DNA from: Candidatus Woesearchaeota archaeon
GTDB lineage: Archaea > Nanobdellota > Nanobdellia > Woesearchaeales > CAXGTL01
Direction of reading: 5' to 3'
DNA: 28,538 nucleotides
NCBI GenBank assembly: GCA_964012725.1
Contig: CAXGTL010000013.1
Location: 1 to 28,538 of the forward strand
The position numbers were made by a program, and so were the translations under genes. The notes beneath the pieces were generated by a model. It was not told the origin of the DNA and did no database searches. It worked only from the letters and a program-made list of their open reading frames with translations. Shown here one piece after another: positions 8,553-15,452 of this stretch. Each line of letters opens with the position of its first letter. Position 1 is the first letter of the stretch.

Positions 8553-8741
8553 TTAATTGATTGTTTTTTCTAATCCATTATAGAAGGCATTATATGTTTG
8601 GCAGAAATCTGAATGTTGTGCATTTAAATCTTTGATTTTTCTAAAAGGTATATTTCCATATTTATTAACTAAATATGTAAAAAAACTATTCATTTGGTCA
8701 GGATTTTTAAATTCTAATTTTACATTTATCATAATTCTCAC
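8553..8741 (-). CDS. hypothetical small protein (59-62 aa), last gene of a four-gene micro-operon
   Basis: Intact ORF. The GTG start overlaps the stop of the upstream small ORF (GTGA). An alternative ATG lies at 8732. Confidence 0.4.
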   Translation of the reverse strand: MRIMINVKLEFKNPDQMNSFFTYLVNKYGNIPFRKIKDLNAQHSDFCQTYNAFYNGLEKTIN

Positions 8742-8887
8742 TCAAATACATCAATATCATTCATAATAATATCTAATTCAAAGTTATCAAGTTTATCTTT
8801 GTTTAATAAAGATTTAAGATCTTTTCTTTTAACTTCTTCTTCTTTGTTTTTCTTTTTTAATTCTTCTTTCACATTAATAGTAGTCAT
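8738..8887 (-). CDS. small charged protein (49 aa, hand-called)
   Basis: MTTINVKEELKKKNKEEEVKRKDLKSLLNKDKLDNFELDIIMNDIDVFE. Its ATG overlaps the upstream stop (ATGA). Confidence 0.3.
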   Translation of the reverse strand: MTTINVKEELKKKNKEEEVKRKDLKSLLNKDKLDNFELDIIMNDIDVFE

Positions 8888-9051
8888 TTTTCTAATTGTT
8901 CAATTCTTTTCTCTAATTGTCTTACTTTTTGGCATAATTTCTTTTGATTTGTGATTATAATATTAAACCATTCAAAAACATAACTTTTGAAATCCATTAT
9001 ATCCTTTTTTACTTGTTTGAATGAGTTTATTGTGTTTGTTCTAAAAGTCAT
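8884..9051 (-). CDS. small coiled-coil protein (55 aa, hand-called)
   Basis: MTFRTNTINSFKQVKKDIMDFKSYVFEWFNIIITNQKKLCQKVRQLEKRIEQLEK. Translationally coupled to its neighbours. Confidence 0.35.
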   Translation of the reverse strand: MTFRTNTINSFKQVKKDIMDFKSYVFEWFNIIITNQKKLCQKVRQLEKRIEQLEK

Positions 9052-9052
9052 G

Positions 9053-9169
9053 CTAACACCTTTTCTGCTGATTCATTAATAAAAGTGTTTTTTCTACATC
9101 TTTTACAAAGTTCTTGCTTAACAATTCTTTTTGCTCCGCATTCTTTACATTTTCCGTTTTCTGCTATCA
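9053..9169 (-). CDS. tiny Cys-containing ORF (38 aa as read), possibly a frameshifted 4-Cys Zn-ribbon
   Basis: MIAENGKCKECGAKR... A one-base shift at the T5/A5 run (9127-9131) would give CKEC...CKRC and a stop overlapping the next ATG. Confidence 0.25.
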
Positions 9170-9257
9170 TTGTATATTACCTCGTTTAGTTCATTTATTA
9201 ATAGTAAATATTAAATTAGTTTGTTTTATAACTATTTGGTGATGATTTCTACTATAT

Positions 9258-9325
9258 AAAGGTTTCGGAAATTGTTATGCAATTTTAGAAGCCTTTATGC
9301 TCAAAAATCTATGATTTTTGTTGTA
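9258..9325. repeat. intergenic repeat copy D (degenerate double-hairpin module)
   Basis: GTTTCGGAAATTG-ttatg-CAATTT...GCCTTTATGC-TCAAAAATC-tat-GATTTTTG aligns with the hairpin modules of copies B and C. Confidence 0.45.
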
Positions 9326-9432
9326 TAAATGTTTTGGTTTAAGAACTAAAGATTTAACCATTAGAAGAGCTGAAATGCATTAATTCAAGTGTTTAAAGAG
9401 TTTAGAATAAGTGTTTTTAAGGTTGAAATTGC

Positions 9433-9741
9433 TTATTTAGAAGCTTTCTTAGACTTATACATGAACCTCATATGCTTTTTACAGTTTAAGCAAGTATATA
9501 CTACCCTTCTACCCTTACCTTTGCCTTGTAGCCTTATTCTGCTATTCTTGCTATTCAAATATGTATAGCAATGTTTACAATATTGTCGTTTAAAGGCTCT
9601 AGGTACTGGAATCTGAGCTTTCATAGCTATTTTCCTTGCTAATTTCACATATCTATTTGAAAGAGATTGTTCTTTAGCTTGCTTTGCTTGCTTGAATAAT
9701 TGCTTTATTCTTTGCTTTGCTATGAGTTGTTTTTGGTTCAT
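9433..9741 (-). CDS. rnp4: RNase P protein component 4 (Rpr2/Rpp21 family)
   Basis: NRYVKLARKIAMKAQIPVPRAFKRQYCKHCYTYL...RIRLQ...VVYTCLNCKKHMRF is collinear with archaeal Rpp21, including the CxxC...CxxC Zn-ribbon. Confidence 0.88.
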   Translation of the reverse strand: MNQKQLIAKQRIKQLFKQAKQAKEQSLSNRYVKLARKIAMKAQIPVPRAFKRQYCKHCYTYLNSKNSRIRLQGKGKGRRVVYTCLNCKKHMRFMYKSKKASK

Positions 9742-9815
9742 ATAAATTGTATTTAGTCAAAGATATATAAACATGTTGACAAAAATATATAAAGAATAAA
9801 AGAATACCACTAAAT

Positions 9816-11078
9816 ATGTTCAAAAAAATCATGAATTTGTTCAAAACAAAGCAAGAAATAGAGATGGATGTGAGTGAGCTAGTACAGTGGCTTAAGGATA
9901 AGAATTCTAATTCCAGAGTATCTCTTGAACCAGTATGTAAAGAAATGTTAAGTGATATAAAAGAGTACTTAGGTGAGTTTAAACAGAATTGTGATGACCT
10001 TGCAAAAGCTGAAATCAAAGATAAAGATAAGATTGAACAAAGAATTGTTACAGTAGTATTAGGAAATAGAAAAAGTTTTGTTAATCAAAGTGATTTTTTC
10101 TTAAAAAGAATAAATCCCCCTAATTATGAAGATGTTGATCAATCTATAGAATTTAGTATAAACCTAAAAACAGAGCTAGATAATTTTGCAAAAATCACTC
10201 AAAAAAGTTTTTACACATCTCAACATTTATTTTACAAAGAAGTTGAAAATTTAAAGAAAACAATAAGTAAAATCTCTAAACTAAGTAATAATTTTGATAA
10301 ACGAGTAACTATAAGTAAAATTGGTCAAATAAAAGATTTTGAAAATAATATTAACATGTTTAAAAATTCAATAGATACAAAAGATTCTATGTTAAAAGAT
10401 CTGGAACAATTAAAAACTAGTTTAGAACAAATTAAAAATAATAAAGAAAAGAATTTAGAAAGAATTGAACAAATGAAAGTATCTCCTAATTATAAAGATT
10501 ATCAAGAATGTCAGAAAAAATTAGACAAATTACTTCTTGAAATTAAAAAACACAAACTTAAATTAGACCATAACTTTGCTGTCATAGATTATGCTTTAAA
10601 AAAATATACAAAAATCGCTGACGAAGAATTTAAATTAATAAATGCTTATCAAACAGATGCATTTGATGCTTTATTGCAAGATAAAGATCTGGAGATTCTT
10701 GAAGTTTTACAAAAAATAACTAAAAAAGTTTTAGATAATGAATTAGTCTTGAAAGATTCTAAAAAACAAAAAATACTTGCAGAAGTTAATATAATTAATA
10801 GAGATTATTTAGGAAAATTAATAGAAGAATATGAAATATTAGACAAAAATAAAAACAAAATTCAAGAAGAAGTTGATAATAATAAAATTACTCAAGAAAT
10901 CCAAGAATGTGAAGAAGAAATTACAAATTGTGATAAAGAAATAGAATTTATAGAAAAGAATATAAATAATGTCAACAAAAATATAAATAAGATAGATTAT
11001 TCAGAAATGATAGGAGTTATTGAAAAAGAGTTTGATGCTGTCTTTGATATTAATCTTAAACTAAAAAATGATACATGA
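9816..11078 (+). CDS. long coiled-coil protein of unknown function (420 aa)
   Basis: Lys/Glu/Asn-rich heptad-like sequence throughout with no NTPase motifs. Overlaps the downstream PUA gene by 11 nt. Confidence 0.6.
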   Translation: MFKKIMNLFKTKQEIEMDVSELVQWLKDKNSNSRVSLEPVCKEMLSDIKEYLGEFKQNCDDLAKAEIKDKDKIEQRIVTVVLGNRKSFVNQSDFFLKRINPPNYEDVDQSIEFSINLKTELDNFAKITQKSFYTSQHLFYKEVENLKKTISKISKLSNNFDKRVTISKIGQIKDFENNINMFKNSIDTKDSMLKDLEQLKTSLEQIKNNKEKNLERIEQMKVSPNYKDYQECQKKLDKLLLEIKKHKLKLDHNFAVIDYALKKYTKIADEEFKLINAYQTDAFDALLQDKDLEILEVLQKITKKVLDNELVLKDSKKQKILAEVNIINRDYLGKLIEEYEILDKNKNKIQEEVDNNKITQEIQECEEEITNCDKEIEFIEKNINNVNKNINKIDYSEMIGVIEKEFDAVFDINLKLKNDT

Positions 11079-11493
11079 ATTTATTAACAAATACACTTCA
11101 AAAGATGTAGAAAATATTATTAATATTGGTAGAAAATATTATTTAGTTAATTCTTCTTTAGTAGATATTAAAGACAAAGTTGGTGAAGAAGTGTTTAGCA
11201 TAGGAGTTTATTTAGGTGAAGTAAAAAATAACAAGTTTATGGCAAGTATTGAGTTAATAAATATATTATCTAAATTATCTGATAAAAAGATTGTTGTTAA
11301 TGATAAAGCTGAGTGGTTATTTGTGTGTGGCAGAGATATATTTAAAAAAAGTATACTTTCTGGTAATGTGAAATCTGGTAAAGAATATTTTGTGCAAAAT
11401 TCTAAAGATGAAAACCTAGGTTTAGGTAAGTTTAATGGCGATGTTGTTAAGAATATTGTTGATAAAGGAATGTATTTGAGAATGGAAAAGTGA
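11068..11493 (+). CDS. Nip7-like PUA-domain protein (UPF0113)
   Basis: FSIGVYLGEVKNNKF...IELINILSK...KIVVNDKAEWLFVCGRDIF...ENLGLGKF...VKNIVDKGMYLR matches the archaeal Nip7 two-domain pattern. Confidence 0.6.
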   Translation: MIHEFINKYTSKDVENIINIGRKYYLVNSSLVDIKDKVGEEVFSIGVYLGEVKNNKFMASIELINILSKLSDKKIVVNDKAEWLFVCGRDIFKKSILSGNVKSGKEYFVQNSKDENLGLGKFNGDVVKNIVDKGMYLRMEK

Positions 11494-11517
11494 TTTAATT
11501 CTTAATATAATTAATTA

Positions 11518-13488
11518 TCACCTACCCTTCTGAAACTCATACAACCCATTCACTTCTTTCAAAGTTGCAATCTCAGAAATTGGTTTATCATGCCTTAACA
11601 TCATGATTCTTGGGAAACGTAATGCATATCCTGATGAATATGTTGTTGATTTTTGTATTTCTTCATAATTAAGTTCAACAATGATCTCAGGTTTTACTTT
11701 TACTGATTTACCTTTCTCTGATATAATTAATGGTTTTAGTAATTGTGTTAATTCTTCAAATGTAACATCTTCATCTACTTCTTTTTTCTCCTTTATACCA
11801 GTTCCAACCTTACCAATTTCTAGAATATTTCCATCTTTATCTTGACATGCAAGAATAAAGCTAGCTAACCATTTAGAACGTTTACCTTCGCCCCAGATTG
11901 CACCAACAATAACTAAATCTAATTCTTTCATAACAGGTTTTACTTTCATTCCATAGCCAACTCTTGCTCCTGGTTTGTAAGGTGCATCTAGTTTTTTAGC
12001 CATAACACCTTCTTCACCTACTTTCAAAGCTTCATCGTAGAATGCTTGAGCTTTTTTCAAATCAGATGTTATTAATTGTTTTGCAATATTAATCTTATGT
12101 TTGGTTGGCTTAACTATATGTTCAATATGTTTTCTTCTTTTTTCAAAATCTTCTGTAAGAAGTGATTTTCTATTTAATTCTAAAATATCAAACACATGAA
12201 ATGTAACTGGAACTTTTTTAATTATTTCATCAATATTATGTTTTCTTTTTATTCTTTGAGATATTTTTTGGAAAGGTAAATATTTTTTAGTCTTAGGATC
12301 TATACCAAGAACTTCACCATCTATGATAAAGTCTTTTGATTTTACATTGGTTTTAATTATTTCAACAATGTCTGGGAATTGTTTAGTAACATTTTCTAAT
12401 CTTCGTGTGAATAAAATAATTTTGTCTTTATTCCTATGAACCAAAAGTCTGAATCCATCATATTTATATTCAAATGCACATGGTTTTCCTAACTTATCAA
12501 ACGCATCTTCTAAATCCAATGCTTTTGGAAACAACATTACTTTTACAGGATTTCCTGGTGTTAATGATAAGTTTTTTAATCCGTTTATTCCTTTTTCTTT
12601 TGCAAGCTTTGTAACAATTGCTAAGTCATTTGTTAAATCAATTGCATGCTGTACTTTTTCTGTTAAAGAATTATATATTTCCCTTGCAATCTTTTCATCA
12701 GGAGCTTGTATTAGTTCATATTTAGATAAATTGTTCTTGTTTAATTGTTTTGGATCATTTATTTTTAGAACTGATAGTTTTTTATGTTCATATTTCTCTT
12801 TTATATTTAATTCTTTATCACAACTTAAACAATTCTTTGTTTTTGGAACAAATTGTTTACAATGTTCACAATAAAAGAAAACTTTTTCTACAGGAGGGAA
12901 AAAAGCCCAAACAATTGCATCCCTTAAACTACCTTCACCAACACCAATCCTCATTTCTTCTGTAATTGTTCTTACAATATACTTTGCTTCATCAGGTTTT
13001 GCACTTGTAAGTAATTCTGATATTAGTTTTAGTTTAATATCTTGTGAACCAGTGCCTGTGATTGTTGATAATTTCTTTATATTGTTAAAAACTTTTTTAA
13101 TTGTTAAGTTTGTTGAAAAAAGTGTAGCTTGTTTCTTTTTCTTTGTTAAAGATTCAGCAACATTACCAATACCACCTAGTTTTTTCCATTCTTTGATGAT
13201 TTTGTCTTGAGTTATGCCAGTTGCAATGTTAAGTGCTTTTGCAACTAGTTTTGATGAAACACCTATCTTTGTCTGGTCATAGGATGGAAAAACTTTGCCT
13301 TGCAATAATAACATGATGATGTCTAAGTCTTCGGTTTTTGTTTTCTTTAGAAACTCAGCTATGTAGTAAGTCTTGTTTAGCCTCTTTGATGTTGAGTCTA
13401 GTTTTTCATAGAGTTCGACTAGGTGAGAGTATTGCATGTATGGAAATAAGCAGGTTTTGTTTATATATTTTGTGTATTTAAGTTCCAT
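11518..13488 (-). CDS. lig: ATP-dependent DNA ligase with a Zn-ribbon insertion in the DNA-binding domain
   Basis: Adenylation motif AFEYKYDGFR plus EGVMAK and the OB-fold motifs LRFPR. The typical ligase N-terminus begins at M18 (MQYSHLVELYEKL, ATG at 13437), with a TATA-like box about 27 nt upstream. The true start may therefore be 13437. Confidence 0.92.
   Translation of the reverse strand: MELKYTKYINKTCLFPYMQYSHLVELYEKLDSTSKRLNKTYYIAEFLKKTKTEDLDIIMLLLQGKVFPSYDQTKIGVSSKLVAKALNIATGITQDKIIKEWKKLGGIGNVAESLTKKKKQATLFSTNLTIKKVFNNIKKLSTITGTGSQDIKLKLISELLTSAKPDEAKYIVRTITEEMRIGVGEGSLRDAIVWAFFPPVEKVFFYCEHCKQFVPKTKNCLSCDKELNIKEKYEHKKLSVLKINDPKQLNKNNLSKYELIQAPDEKIAREIYNSLTEKVQHAIDLTNDLAIVTKLAKEKGINGLKNLSLTPGNPVKVMLFPKALDLEDAFDKLGKPCAFEYKYDGFRLLVHRNKDKIILFTRRLENVTKQFPDIVEIIKTNVKSKDFIIDGEVLGIDPKTKKYLPFQKISQRIKRKHNIDEIIKKVPVTFHVFDILELNRKSLLTEDFEKRRKHIEHIVKPTKHKINIAKQLITSDLKKAQAFYDEALKVGEEGVMAKKLDAPYKPGARVGYGMKVKPVMKELDLVIVGAIWGEGKRSKWLASFILACQDKDGNILEIGKVGTGIKEKKEVDEDVTFEELTQLLKPLIISEKGKSVKVKPEIIVELNYEEIQKSTTYSSGYALRFPRIMMLRHDKPISEIATLKEVNGLYEFQKGR
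13459..13470 (-). promoter_or_regulatory. TATA-like box for lig (leaderless from M18)
   Basis: AAATATATAAAC on the minus strand, centred ~27 nt upstream of the ATG at 13437. Confidence 0.4.
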
Positions 13489-13660
13489 CCAAAAATCCTA
13501 TTCCGCTTTCTCGCTTTACTCAAAAGCTTCATCTGGCCATGCCATCAATTTCTTTGAAATTAATGACATTGAAGGCACAGACGAATGTTTTGAATGGAGT
13601 TATTCATTCCGAAACATATATATACCACTAAACTAATGAATATATAACTAATATATAATT
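13489..13660. repeat. intergenic repeat copy A (lig / AI-2E transporter spacer)
   Basis: Shares with copy B, in the same order: AAAAATCCTA-YTYCG...TTTACTCA, CTGGCCATGCCAT, a variable hairpin, GCACAG..G.AT.TTTTGAATG.AG and CTAAACTAA...ATATA.AACTAATA. Confidence 0.65.
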
Positions 13661-13676
13661 ATAATAAAAAAAGTAG

Positions 13677-14666
13677 GTGATTAAAGTAAAACCTAGACAA
13701 ATCAAACAAATACTTGCAACAATTGTCATTGTAATTGTAGCTGCGTTTGTGTTATATGCTTTATTACCTTATGTATCAGCATTTGCAGGTGCTTTGATCT
13801 TATTTGCATTATTATATCCTGTTAATAAATTCTTTAGAAAAAAGATTGGTAAAAAGTTCTCAGCATTATTATGTATCTTATTATCAATATTAATCATTGT
13901 TTTTCCATTATTCTTAATATCAAATATGTTAATTAATGAAGTTTCAGTAGTTGCAAAAGACACAGAATTCATTGAGGGTGCAATAAAACAAGTAAATGAT
14001 GAAATTAATGTTCAAGAATATTTTTCTGAGATAAGCACATATATTAAGCAAGGAATAAAAACAACTGCAAATGCTTTTTTTGGATCTATTATACATTTTG
14101 CTGTAGCATCAATCATATTATATTTTGCATTATTCTTTATGTTATTACAATCTGACCATTTTATAAAAATAATTGAAAAACATTTACCATTTAATGAAAA
14201 AAATTCAAAAATATTAATGAATGAATTTGTTAATGTTACAAAATCAACTGTAATTGGAATGGGATTGATAGCCATTATACAAGGATTGTTATTAGGATTT
14301 GGATTTTGGATCCTTGGTATACAAGGAGCAGTGTTCTGGGGCTTTGTTGGAGCAGTATTATCATTCTTACCAATAGTTGGTGTAAGTGTAATTTGGATTC
14401 CAACAGTATTGTATCAATTATTTATAGGTAATTATTTTGCTGGAATTGGTTTATTATTATGGGCTTTGGTAGTGATAACTGGTTCTGATTATTTGTTAAG
14501 GCCGTATATATCAAAGAAAATAGCTAAATTGCATCCATTGATTACATTGATTGGTGTGTTTATTGGTATTCCATTTTTTGGAATATTTGGTATATTACTT
14601 GGACCTTTGTTATTGTCTTACTTATTCTTATTGATTAAGATGTATGGTGAAGAATATTTGGGTTAA
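13677..14666 (+). CDS. AI-2E (PerM/YhhT) family transporter
   Basis: Eight-TM layout with a large loop after TM3 and a C-terminal D-YLLRP...HPL..L....G....G..G...GP signature. GTG start. Confidence 0.8.
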   Translation: MIKVKPRQIKQILATIVIVIVAAFVLYALLPYVSAFAGALILFALLYPVNKFFRKKIGKKFSALLCILLSILIIVFPLFLISNMLINEVSVVAKDTEFIEGAIKQVNDEINVQEYFSEISTYIKQGIKTTANAFFGSIIHFAVASIILYFALFFMLLQSDHFIKIIEKHLPFNEKNSKILMNEFVNVTKSTVIGMGLIAIIQGLLLGFGFWILGIQGAVFWGFVGAVLSFLPIVGVSVIWIPTVLYQLFIGNYFAGIGLLLWALVVITGSDYLLRPYISKKIAKLHPLITLIGVFIGIPFFGIFGILLGPLLLSYLFLLIKMYGEEYLG

Positions 14667-14729
14667 ATTGTTACTTTTTAGGGGTAAAAATAGAAACATT
14701 TATAAAGGAAAATTACAACCCTATTTAAT

Positions 14730-15452
14730 ATGAAAAGCACAAAAACAACATTATTAATAATAAGTTTACTACAATTACTCTGTTTTACAAATTCTTCATG
14801 TAGTTCAAAAACATCATCATCTCAAATACCTACAATAGAAAAATCTTCAGTTATAGATAATAATATAACAAATCCATCAACTTTAAAGAATAATGAAAGT
14901 GTATTAGAAAAAATAATAGAACCTTATTCACAAGATTCAAAATTAATCTTAATAGGTGCTAAAAAATGTGCTCAAAATAAAACTAATTATACAACTGGAT
15001 ATTTTAAGATAAATTATCCAATGGGGGATATACCAAGTGACAAAGGTGTATGTACAGATGTTATTGTTCGTTCTTTTAGAAATGCTGGGTATGATTTACA
15101 AGAATTAATTCATGAAGATATGAAAATAAATTTTCATCAATATCCTAATATTTGGGGACATAAAAAACCTGATTCAAATATAGATCATAGAAGAATACCT
15201 AACATTGTTACTTTTTTAAAAAAATATGGATCAAATCTAACTAAAGAAATTAATAAAAAAACACTTAATCAATGGCAACCAGGTGACATTGTTGTATGGA
15301 AACTTCCAAATGGATTAAAACATATAGGAATTATATCAGATAAACTTAATTCAAAAGAAGTACCATATGTAATTCATAATTTAGGATATACATCAGAAGA
15401 AAATGTTTTACAATTATGGGAAATAACAGGACATTATAGATATTGTAAATGA
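14730..15452 (+). CDS. secreted DUF1287-family protein (NlpC/P60-like fold)
   Basis: Signal peptide with Cys. Core GVCTDVIVRSFRNAGYDLQELIHEDM...PDSNIDHRRIPN...WQPGDIVVW...HIGIISD...VIHN...GHYRY is collinear with DUF1287. Confidence 0.75.
   Translation: MKSTKTTLLIISLLQLLCFTNSSCSSKTSSSQIPTIEKSSVIDNNITNPSTLKNNESVLEKIIEPYSQDSKLILIGAKKCAQNKTNYTTGYFKINYPMGDIPSDKGVCTDVIVRSFRNAGYDLQELIHEDMKINFHQYPNIWGHKKPDSNIDHRRIPNIVTFLKKYGSNLTKEINKKTLNQWQPGDIVVWKLPNGLKHIGIISDKLNSKEVPYVIHNLGYTSEENVLQLWEITGHYRYCK

Noticed and set aside
9239-9375. Possible C/D-box sRNA (GTGATGA at ~9240, CTGA at ~9370)
   Set aside because: The boxes are ~130 nt apart, far longer than archaeal C/D sRNAs. There is no C'/D' pair or terminal stem, and the region is better explained as repeat copy D.
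9674-10018. 114-aa minus-strand ORF spanning the rnp4 start and the coiled-coil gene start
   Set aside because: It overlaps two well-supported genes and the promoter spacer between them, and has no motifs.
13436-13636. 66-aa plus-strand ORF across repeat copy A
   Set aside because: It covers the ligase 5' end antisense and then the non-coding repeat. The homologous region in copy B has no equivalent ORF, so the conservation is at the nucleotide or structure level.
5478-14275. Internal or antisense ORFs 5478-5792(+), 7678-7893(-), 12750-12965(+), 13769-13972(-) and 14012-14275(-); also 28273-28506(+)
   Set aside because: Each lies inside a longer, motif-supported gene on the opposite strand (radical SAM, carS, lig, AI-2E transporter, PIG-L).
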